A DNA stretch of 12,356 bases from Candidatus Zixiibacteriota bacterium (lineage in GTDB: Bacteria; RBG-13-66-14; B26-G2; WVWN01): the NCBI GenBank assembly GCA_050117845.1, contig JASFLY010000045.1, positions 1-12,356 on the forward strand. The letters are read 5' to 3'. The notes beneath the pieces were generated by a model that saw nothing but the letters and a program-made list of their open reading frames with translations, did no database searches and was not told the origin of the DNA. Numbering within the stretch: the first letter of the stretch is position 1; each line of letters starts with the position of its first letter. Below, in pieces: positions 1-9,331 of the stretch. The position numbers and the translations under genes are program-made.

Positions 1-244
1 GGACGGCTTCCAGCCAGTTCGTGAAAGCGCCTATACTCTGTTTCTGTTTGGCTTCGTCGAAGAGGGCTTTAAGGTGGACCAGGTTCTCGGCCTTGACCCA
101 CGCTTTTTGGTCCCCCGTCCGAATGAAATCGGTGGGGCGGAACTTGCCCTTGTCGATCCAGTCCTTGACGTCGTCCACGGCGAGGGGGCCGTGTTCGACG
201 CCGTCGATTCGCAGGTATAACTCTACTTGTTTTTCGTCAGCCAT
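1..244 (-). CDS. GYF_2/DUF4339 domain-containing protein, N-terminal part (runs off the left edge)
   Basis: Not in the ORF track. ATG at 244 opens a frame to the window edge: MADEKQVELYLRIDGVEHGPLAVDDVKDWIDKGKFRPTDFIRTGDQKAWVKAENLVHLKALF. This fits the GYF_2 pattern (Y..dG...GP.....l...i..G.l...d.v.......W..a). Confidence 0.75.
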   Translation of the reverse strand, partial: MADEKQVELYLRIDGVEHGPLAVDDVKDWIDKGKFRPTDFIRTGDQKAWVKAENLVHLKALFDEAKQKQSIGAFTNWLEAV

Positions 245-280
245 AAAAAGCGCTACCGTTCGGGATAATCTCTATCGCGG

Positions 281-309
281 ACGCTAACATACGGCCCGCG
301 TTAAATCAA
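281..309 (-). promoter_or_regulatory. Putative sigma70 promoter for the GYF_2 gene
   Basis: Minus strand TTGATT (309-304), 17-nt spacer, TG-n-TAGCGT (286-281), 36 nt upstream of the ATG at 244. Confidence 0.4.
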
Positions 310-326
310 GCGCAAAGCGAAGGGCG

Positions 327-893
327 CTACGGGTAGAAGAATAGGCCTATAACCGCGTCGAACGCGAAGTAATTATCGGCGTCGACCGGCATATCTTCGT
401 ACAGCGTTTTCTCGCCGCCGAACGTCGACATAAAGCGGCCACGAACGTCCACGCCGAACGTTTCGGAAAGGTAGTATTCCGTCCCTCCTTCAACGTAGGC
501 TCCGAGCCGGGTGGCTTCGAGGTCCTCGGTGCCGTTTTCCATTGGTACCGTCGCCTGGCACAACGCGACCGCGCCGCCGCCCCCGAAGTAGGGCATGAGC
601 GGCAAATACTCCAAACGGTAGTTTGCGCCCACTAGCACCGGGATTACTTTATATTCGGCGTCTTCGGCGCCGGCGAAGTCCTTCGCCTTGTGGCCGAGGC
701 GATAGGCCGTACCGGCGGTAACGTTAAGGCTTGGCGTAACGCAGAATATGGCCCGGCCGTCGAGGACTGCCGACGCGCCGGCGAATTCTCCGTAGTCGCC
801 GATGGGCGTGCCGAAGCCGCCTCCGACGGACGCTCCCCACATAAAGGCCGAGGCGGGCGCGGCGGCCGCCAGTAAGATAAGGACGTAGCGCAT
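327..893 (-). CDS. Outer-membrane beta-barrel protein (8-stranded OmpA-TM/OmpW-like), 188 aa
   Basis: Signal peptide MRYVLILLAAAAPASA, alternating amphipathic strands, typical 'PYFGGG' and 'GGTEYYL' motifs, C-terminal strand IGLFFYP, and a GAGGAAGG RBS upstream. Confidence 0.8.
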   Translation of the reverse strand: MRYVLILLAAAAPASAFMWGASVGGGFGTPIGDYGEFAGASAVLDGRAIFCVTPSLNVTAGTAYRLGHKAKDFAGAEDAEYKVIPVLVGANYRLEYLPLMPYFGGGGAVALCQATVPMENGTEDLEATRLGAYVEGGTEYYLSETFGVDVRGRFMSTFGGEKTLYEDMPVDADNYFAFDAVIGLFFYP

Positions 894-944
894 GTTGTTG
901 CCTTCCTCTCAAACGTAAAGTATGGAAGATAAAAACCAATATAG

Positions 945-974
945 ATTAATAGCACAACGTTTCCCCAAAAGCAA
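945..974 (-). promoter_or_regulatory. Possible divergent promoter for the OMP gene
   Basis: Minus strand TTGCTT, 17 nt, TGc-TATTAA(T). The -10 is imperfect, but the TTGC...TGCTA layout matches the promoters at 10873-10902 and 12071-12099. Confidence 0.35.
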
Positions 975-998
975 GAACCGCCTTTTTTCGCTAAGAAC

Positions 999-1027
999 TT
1001 GACTTTGGCCGCCGCGGTTAATATAAT
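999..1027 (+). promoter_or_regulatory. sigma70 promoter for tRNA-Leu and probably the TPR gene
   Basis: TTGACT (999-1004), 17-nt spacer, TATAAT (1022-1027), 12 nt upstream of the tRNA 5' end. Confidence 0.85.
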
Positions 1028-1039
1028 CTAGGATATAAG

Positions 1040-1125
1040 GCCGAAGTGGCGGAATTGGTAGACGCGCTAGATTCAGGATCTAGTGAAGGCTTAACTTCGT
1101 GCGGGTTCGAGTCCCGCCTTCGGCA
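1040..1125 (+). tRNA. tRNA-Leu(CAG), type II with long variable arm; CCA not encoded
   Basis: Acceptor GCCGAAG/CTTCGGC plus discriminator A; D-arm GGCGGAATTGGTAGACGC; anticodon arm CTAGA-TT CAG GA-TCTAG; variable arm GAAG-GCTTAA-CTTC; T-arm GCGGG-TTCGAGT-CCCGC. Confidence 0.97.
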
Positions 1126-1132
1126 CATCATC

Positions 1133-3517
1133 ATGCGAAAAACAGCGATAATGCCCCTACGGAGAGCGGCCTTGTTAATCATGGCCGCGGCTTTGCTTTG
1201 GTCGGTCGCGTCGGCCCAGGATACCGGGGACCTGGGTGATTTACTCTTTCGGGGGCAGCAGTCGCTGGCCGCCCAGGAATGGGGCGAAGCCGTCCGGCTT
1301 TTCGAACAGGCGCTGGCTCTCGACGCCGTAAACCCCGATGCCCTCCGCGGCCTCGCCGAGGCGCACGAGGGCGCCGGCGATTCGCGTCAGGCGCTGGAGT
1401 ACTACAACCGTCTCCGCGGCGTCACGAGCGAATCGGCCGACCTCTCGTACAAGGTCGCCTTGCTCGCCGAGAAGTTGGGGGAGCGTTCGCTCGCTATCTC
1501 CGCGTACGAGGACGTCGTTCGCCTCGACCCGGATAACCCGTTGAGCTGGCGGGCGCTTGCCGATCTCTACGGCGCCGGCAGCGACTATAAGAACCAGGCC
1601 AAGGCGCTCGAGCAGCTGGTGGCCTGGGCGGGGAACACCGAGGACCGCCTGGAACTGGCGACCCTCTACGAGACCAAGCTGGGCCGCACGGACGACGCCA
1701 TCGAGGAGTACGGCCGGATACTCCGGGCCGAACCGCGTCACGAACAGGCGCACGCCCGCCTCGGTGCCATCTATTACGACCGCGGCGATTACGCGCCGGC
1801 GGCGGAGCACTTCGAGGAACTGAGCCGGCTTCGGCCCGACGACCCGGACGCGTTCTGGAGTCTCGCCCGGGCCCGCCTCGCGCTGGAGGACGAGTTCGGC
1901 GCCACCAAGGCGCTCGAGCGTGTGACGCAACTCCGCCCCAGGGACAGCGAGGCGCTGGTACTCCTGGGGACTCTTTACAACCACGCCGAGGATTACCGGA
2001 GCGCCGAGCGCACGCTCATCGACGCCCTCGACGCGGGAGCCGGCGACGCCGAGGCGTATTGCCAGATGGGTATAGCGCAGTTCGGCCTCAAGGACGTCGC
2101 CCAGGCCCGGTCGTCCTTCGAGAAAGCGCTGTCCCGCGACGACAAACATCCCCTCACGCTGGAGCGTTTCAGCGAGTTGCTGTACCGCGAGGGCGACTAC
2201 GGCAGGGCATGGGAATACGCCGACCGGCTGGTGACGCAGGAGCGCGGCAACATCCGGGGCCACTTCTACCGGGGCCTTGCCGCCGCCGCGACCGAACGCT
2301 ATAACGCGGCGGAGGAGAGCCTCGAAAAAGTTATCAAGGCCGAGCCGTCGAACGTCGAGGCTCGCGTCGGCCTGGGACGGGCGTACGTCGGCCGGGAGAA
2401 GTACCGCGACGCCCGGAACGTGCTCGAGAAGGCCGGGTCCCCCGGCGAACTAGCCGACCAGGTTTACTACTACCGTGGCCGGGCCTCGGAGGGCCTCAAG
2501 GATTTCGACGTCGCCGCCGAGCACTACAAGGAAGCCGAGAGAGAGAACCCGCGCTACTACGACGCGTTCTATCATCACGGCCGGATGGAGCTGCGGCGCG
2601 AGAATTTCGACGAGGCCGAGATAGCGCTGGAACGGGCCACCGACCTTGAGCCCGATAGAATCGACGCGTTCCTTTTGCTCGGCGAGCTGTACGAAACGAC
2701 GGAACGCTGGCCCGACGCCGTCGGCGTGTATAATCAGGCCAAGCGCGCCGACGAACGCCATATTGGCTCCTACCTCGGCCTGGGGCGTTCGTATATCGCA
2801 CTCGAGGATTGGAACCCGGCCGAACGCGAACTAAAGCAGGCGGTGGGGATCGACGCCGAATCATTCGAGGCCCATTACCAACTCGGCCGTTTGTACAAGG
2901 CGCAGGATAAAATCGAGGACGCCATCGTCGAGTACGAGGAAGCGGTGTGGCTCAACGGGAAACACGTTCGGGCGCGTACCGACCTGGGCTACCTCTACCT
3001 GCGCAAGGACCGGTACAGCGACGCCGCCGCGGTACTCAAGAAAGCCTGCGATCTGGACAAGAACGACCTCGACGCTTTCTACCTCCTCGCCATCGCGTAC
3101 GAAAATATGGAGGCGTACGGGGACGCGATAAAATACTACGAGCGGGCGCGGACGCTGGCGCCGGAGAATTACGAAATACAAAAGGCGCTCGCCATTTGTT
3201 ACCGGCATCACGGCGACGTCGATAAAGCTCTCGACCTTTTCGACAAGATACGACAGGAGCTACCCGAGGACCCGCTGGCGTACGAGATGTTGGGCGACAT
3301 CTACCGGATCAAGGGGTCCCAGGCCAAGAAGTGGCGCCGTTTCGAGCGCGAACTCGAGTACTACGAATACGCGTCCGACTACTACCGTCGCTTCCTCGCC
3401 CTGGCGCCCGACGTCCCGAACCGGATGTTCATCCTCAAGTTCCTCGACGGCTACGAGCACTACCGGCTCCTGCAGGCTCAGGAACGCGAAGGCGTCGAGT
3501 TCTACGAGGAGTGGTAG
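1133..3517 (+). CDS. Secreted tetratricopeptide-repeat protein (about 20 TPRs, ~794 aa)
   Basis: The ORF-track start at 1046 lies inside the tRNA. ATG 1133 (or 1151) gives signal peptide MRKTAIMPLRRAALLIMAAALLWSVASA-QD, followed by 34-aa TPR periodicity (A...LG..Y...g.y..A...y..al.l.P) almost to the end. Ends TAG TAG TAA. Confidence 0.9.
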   Translation: MRKTAIMPLRRAALLIMAAALLWSVASAQDTGDLGDLLFRGQQSLAAQEWGEAVRLFEQALALDAVNPDALRGLAEAHEGAGDSRQALEYYNRLRGVTSESADLSYKVALLAEKLGERSLAISAYEDVVRLDPDNPLSWRALADLYGAGSDYKNQAKALEQLVAWAGNTEDRLELATLYETKLGRTDDAIEEYGRILRAEPRHEQAHARLGAIYYDRGDYAPAAEHFEELSRLRPDDPDAFWSLARARLALEDEFGATKALERVTQLRPRDSEALVLLGTLYNHAEDYRSAERTLIDALDAGAGDAEAYCQMGIAQFGLKDVAQARSSFEKALSRDDKHPLTLERFSELLYREGDYGRAWEYADRLVTQERGNIRGHFYRGLAAAATERYNAAEESLEKVIKAEPSNVEARVGLGRAYVGREKYRDARNVLEKAGSPGELADQVYYYRGRASEGLKDFDVAAEHYKEAERENPRYYDAFYHHGRMELRRENFDEAEIALERATDLEPDRIDAFLLLGELYETTERWPDAVGVYNQAKRADERHIGSYLGLGRSYIALEDWNPAERELKQAVGIDAESFEAHYQLGRLYKAQDKIEDAIVEYEEAVWLNGKHVRARTDLGYLYLRKDRYSDAAAVLKKACDLDKNDLDAFYLLAIAYENMEAYGDAIKYYERARTLAPENYEIQKALAICYRHHGDVDKALDLFDKIRQELPEDPLAYEMLGDIYRIKGSQAKKWRRFERELEYYEYASDYYRRFLALAPDVPNRMFILKFLDGYEHYRLLQAQEREGVEFYEEW

Positions 3518-3601
3518 TAGTAAGCGCGGCCGCCGCCGCGGTTAAGATGGTAAACGGCGGTTGATTGCTTTAACGATTATCCCGATTACGAAAAAACGAA
3601 C

Positions 3602-3623
3602 GCGCCCGGAAGGGCGCTTTTTT
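3602..3623 (+). terminator. Intrinsic terminator of the tRNA-TPR unit
   Basis: GCGCCC-GGAA-GGGCGC followed by TTTTTT. Confidence 0.8.
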
Positions 3624-3647
3624 AATATAAATCCGTATCGCCGTTTT

Positions 3648-3684
3648 AAGAAATGGGCCGCCGTTCCCGAGGGAACCACGGCCC
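3648..3684 (-). terminator. Hairpin, likely terminator for the convergent OMP genes
   Basis: Minus strand GGGCCG-TG-GTTCC-CTCG-GGAAC-GG-CGGCCC followed by ATTTCTT, 55 nt past the stop at 3740. Confidence 0.55.
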
Positions 3685-3739
3685 GTCTATTTGCCGGCTT
3701 TATTCGATTCGTGTTGCCTGTTGCCTGCGTTACCTCATA

Positions 3740-4231
3740 TTAAAGATAAATCCGGAGGCCGCCTTCGATGCTGAACATGCCCAACGAGTCATCCGCGATG
3801 AGGACCAGGCCGCCCATGTTGAAATACGGCGTGATGGGGCTTTTCAGGTCGAAGTCCGTCCCGCCGCCGAAGTGGAGATATAGGCCGCTGTCGCTGGCGT
3901 CGTAGTACCGCGTATCGATCGAGATATGGCCGAAACCGGCGCCGACGAGAGCGTGCGGTTGAACGGGGTAATTTCCGCGTGGGATGAGGTAAATCCGGGA
4001 TTCGGCGCCCAGGAGTATGGTCGTCGCGCTATCGCCGAAGCCGAGCATCAGTTCCGGCCCGAGCGATACGTACGGCGGCAACGCGAAGTCGTACTGGGCG
4101 CCGATGCGCCCCTGGTCGACGTCGCCGATGTGGCCGCCAAAACCGACCCCCAGACCGGAGAGGTGGGGACCCGCCGTCGCCGCGGCCGCCGCCCCCAGGA
4201 ATAGTATCGCCGTTATAATGCCCTTTCGCAT
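3740..4231 (-). CDS. Small outer-membrane beta-barrel protein (paralog A), 163 aa
   Basis: GGAGG 5 nt before ATG 4231; signal peptide MRKGIITAILFLGAAAAATA; Gly/aromatic amphipathic strands; last strand FSIEGGLRIYL. Confidence 0.8.
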   Translation of the reverse strand: MRKGIITAILFLGAAAAATAGPHLSGLGVGFGGHIGDVDQGRIGAQYDFALPPYVSLGPELMLGFGDSATTILLGAESRIYLIPRGNYPVQPHALVGAGFGHISIDTRYYDASDSGLYLHFGGGTDFDLKSPITPYFNMGGLVLIADDSLGMFSIEGGLRIYL

Positions 4232-4331
4232 ATGCACCTCCAGCGGGTAGAATGGAAGAGGAACGCGTCCCCTCGAATATAATAAATCCCGGCCCGGAGC
4301 GCCACCCCTTTTTCGGGCTCCGGCGCGGCTT

Positions 4332-4832
4332 TTACATCGAGCCGAAGCGGACGCCTATTTCCAGCTTGAACACCGTATCCGTGTAATCGCCGATGAAGAC
4401 GAGGCCGCCGAGGTCGATGTACGGGACGATCTTGGTGTTCGGGATGTCGAAGTCGTTGCCGGCGCCGAAGTGGAGGTAGCCGCCGATGTGATTGTCATCC
4501 TCTTCCCCGGCCCGGCCGCCGTCGTCGTCCCCGAACAGGCCCGCCAGGCCGCCGCCGAACGCGAAGTACGGCTGGGCGAGGTAGTTGTAGTTGGGGATGA
4601 TGTAGACGCGGCTGGCCGCGCCGCCGAACAGGCCGACGCCACCGCCGAACGCGATCATGACCTCGGGACCCCAGGTGAAGTAAGGCGGCAAGGCGTAGTC
4701 CAGTTCCGCCCCCAGGAAGCCGGCGTCGCCCAGCATGCCGCCGAAGCCCACCGCCGGCCCGGAGATGCCCCGCGGGCCGGCCCAGGCCGTCGCCGTGGCG
4801 AGTAGAAGTATGCATAAAACTACTTTTCGCAT
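4332..4832 (-). CDS. Small outer-membrane beta-barrel protein (paralog B), 166 aa
   Basis: GGAGG RBS; signal peptide MRKVVLCILLLATATAWA; shares VGFGG, ALPPY, GPE, SRxYxIP, YLHFG, DFD and GGLV with paralog A. Confidence 0.8.
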   Translation of the reverse strand: MRKVVLCILLLATATAWAGPRGISGPAVGFGGMLGDAGFLGAELDYALPPYFTWGPEVMIAFGGGVGLFGGAASRVYIIPNYNYLAQPYFAFGGGLAGLFGDDDGGRAGEEDDNHIGGYLHFGAGNDFDIPNTKIVPYIDLGGLVFIGDYTDTVFKLEIGVRFGSM

Positions 4833-4849
4833 GGGAGAAACCTCCGGCG

Positions 4850-5857
4850 TTATTGTTCGATGTCGTGCCAGTGGCCGTAGTAATCTAGTAGTCGGCCGTC
4901 GATTAACATAGGTCCGAACGAGGGATTGCTATCGGGTACGGTGTTAACTGTCAAACGGGTATTACCGGTTCCATCAATGTTGATTAAATAAATCTCGCGG
5001 GTTCTTAAATAACCGGGATCGTAGGCGATTTTCGTTCTGTCCGGCGATACGGCGGAATAGCAACCGTCCCATGTCAAACGTTCTCTGTCGGTGGCGTCCG
5101 CGTCCATGATATATATGCCATCCTCGTATAAATCGGACGACCAGAAAGCTATCCTTTGGGCATTCGGGAAATAAACCGGATAACCGCTACCAATTCTCTG
5201 AACGTCGCCCGGGGATAATTCGATTTCCTCTCCGTACGTTAGCCTTTCCTGACACGACCCATCTTCATTCATCGTAAATATTTCCCCGATATATCCGTCT
5301 TCAGTCAATGCGTTAAGCGAATAAATTACCGTCTCTCCGTCGGGGTGGAAACGCGGGTTTCTTTCATCGGCATTTTCAGTTTTTGTAAGCCTTTTAAGTC
5401 CCGTCCCGTCAACGTTGATAATGAAAATATCGGTATTAATAATCCCAGACGTATCTACCGAACTAAATACGATTTTTTCGCCATCGGGGGAAAAGGCGGG
5501 GGAACTCCCGCGCATTTCTCTCGGTATTACGCGTTTAACGTCGGACCCATCTGCGTTCATGATATATATCCCATAAATATCGTCCCTGTCCGAAGTGAAC
5601 GCTATCTTCTTACCGTCGGGCGATACAACGGGATCGAAATCGGAATGGGGATCATCCGTAAGGTTCGTTTGGTTCGACCCGTCAACGTCCATTACGTAAA
5701 TTTCTGAATTCCGATTTACGTCCCTTTTCGTTACGAAGACGATTTTATCCCATATTTGTGGTTCGCTCTCCGCCCAGGCACCGGAGGCCCCGACGAGCCA
5801 AACGGCTCCTAGGCATAAAGCCGTGATTGCGTATATTAAACGAACCCGCTTCAACAA
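4850..5857 (-). CDS. TolB-like PD40/WD40 beta-propeller protein, exported, ~335 aa
   Basis: Repeated 'P.fSPDG.KI.F.S......IYiMn.DGs...rLT' blades. The likely start is TTG 5857, 8 nt after GGAGGA in the last alaS codons, giving a signal peptide (KRVRLIYAITALCLGAVWLVGASGAWA-ES). No TolB N-terminal domain and no tolA/pal neighbours. Confidence 0.85.
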   Translation of the reverse strand: MLKRVRLIYAITALCLGAVWLVGASGAWAESEPQIWDKIVFVTKRDVNRNSEIYVMDVDGSNQTNLTDDPHSDFDPVVSPDGKKIAFTSDRDDIYGIYIMNADGSDVKRVIPREMRGSSPAFSPDGEKIVFSSVDTSGIINTDIFIINVDGTGLKRLTKTENADERNPRFHPDGETVIYSLNALTEDGYIGEIFTMNEDGSCQERLTYGEEIELSPGDVQRIGSGYPVYFPNAQRIAFWSSDLYEDGIYIMDADATDRERLTWDGCYSAVSPDRTKIAYDPGYLRTREIYLINIDGTGNTRLTVNTVPDSNPSFGPMLIDGRLLDYYGHWHDIEQ

Positions 5858-5862
5858 CGGCT

Positions 5863-8505
<2,643 letters not shown>

Positions 8506-8556
8506 ATGAAATTTGGGTCGTGAATGGTTATGGGATGGGAGGGGATTATTATTTAA

Positions 8557-8592
8557 CCCCATTATATCTCTTTCATTAGTTCACGGGGTTCG
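8557..8592 (-). repeat. Decayed direct copy of the 3' end of the 8834-9331 gene (partner at 8841-8876)
   Basis: 27/36 ungapped identity at a 284-bp offset. 8591-8553 translates EPRELMKEI*WG* versus EFRELVKEIKWGL* in the intact gene. Confidence 0.7.
8561..8566 (-). promoter_or_regulatory. Candidate -10 box for alaS
   Basis: Perfect TATAAT 55 nt upstream of the alaS ATG; no recognisable -35 at 17 nt. Confidence 0.35.
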
Positions 8593-8611
8593 TGTCGAGT
8601 CGACGACGTTT

Positions 8612-8824
8612 TTATTTCGCGCTGACCGGCATAGAAATATTAATATCGAAGATTTCCTGTAGTGCCGTTCGCCGGCTCACGTCGAGTATTTCAATCCCCA
8701 ACACGGTGCCGTTCGCGTCGAGATCGTGTATAACGCCGGGCGAAGGTTCTTTACAATGGTCGAACTCGCCTTCACGGAAATGGATGTACATGGCGTCCGC
8801 GTCTTTATCGTAACTTATTTTCAT
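8612..8824 (-). CDS. DUF2283 domain protein (putative antitoxin family), 70 aa
   Basis: MKISYDKDADAMYIHF...GVIHDLDANGTVLGIEILDVS matches the DUF2283 signature (YD.eaD.lYi.f ... D.d..G.vvGiEil.aS). Confidence 0.85.
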   Translation of the reverse strand: MKISYDKDADAMYIHFREGEFDHCKEPSPGVIHDLDANGTVLGIEILDVSRRTALQEIFDINISMPVSAK

Positions 8825-8833
8825 ATTGGGGGG

Positions 8834-9331
8834 TCATAGCCCCCACTTAATCTCTTTCACCAGTTCGCGGAACTCGGCCAGCGGCATGCGCCGTGGCCCC
8901 TCGGCGAAGCGGGCCAACTCCATCTCGCCCTCCACCACGTCCGCCACGCCCCAGCGCGTGTTCCAGTATAAATATGGGTGGTACAGGCCGCCGAAGGATC
9001 GGTCGCCGAAAAGGACGTACTGCTCGCCCGGCCGGAACTCGAACTTCACCTCGTGGGTCCCGTCGCCCTCCTCGTCGGGCACGTCGTACGTGGGGTTTAT
9101 CCATCCCTCGTTCTCGAACTCGCCCCAGTAGACCTCCCGCACCTCGACGTACACCGGCCCCTCCTCCGGTACCTCCAGTATCTCGACGCGGACGACGTTG
9201 GGGGCCTGGGCGATGGCCTCGGCCAACGTGGGCACCTTGGCCGGTTCCATCTCCTCGGCGCCGTTTACGCCGGCCACTGCCATAAAGAGCGCCGCGGCCA
9301 ACGCCGCCCGTTTGCCGCCCGCTCGAATCAG
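8834..9331 (-). CDS. Exported hypothetical protein, possible TIMP/NTR-like OB fold; start CTG 9331 or TTG 9301
   Basis: GC3-rich open frame between operon genes. Hydrophobic N-terminus AALAAALFMAVAGVNGA-EE. Motifs 'LAEAIAQAPNVVRVEI', 'VEVREVYWG' and 'FRPGEQYVLF'. Confidence 0.7.
   Translation of the reverse strand: MIRAGGKRAALAAALFMAVAGVNGAEEMEPAKVPTLAEAIAQAPNVVRVEILEVPEEGPVYVEVREVYWGEFENEGWINPTYDVPDEEGDGTHEVKFEFRPGEQYVLFGDRSFGGLYHPYLYWNTRWGVADVVEGEMELARFAEGPRRMPLAEFRELVKEIKWGL

Noticed and set aside
1100..1125. tRNA-Leu 3' end as an integration site
   Set aside because: No second copy of the tRNA 3' end and no integrase seen in the window; the downstream gene has host-like composition.
1046..1132. 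N-terminal extension of the TPR ORF (MAELVDALDSGSS...)
   Set aside because: It is the translation of the tRNA-Leu gene; the signal peptide starts after 1133.
3515..3523. Triple stop TAG TAG TAA as a sign of amber recoding
   Set aside because: The OMP at 327 ends in a single TAG and no gene shows an internal TAG, so there is no support for recoding.
4850..5857. Calling the PD40 protein tolB
   Set aside because: No TolB N-terminal domain and no tolQRA/pal context.
8506..8611. T-box riboswitch upstream of alaS
   Set aside because: The region is only ~105 nt, has no AGGTGGTACCGCG-like T-box or terminator/antiterminator, and is partly explained by the duplicated gene end.
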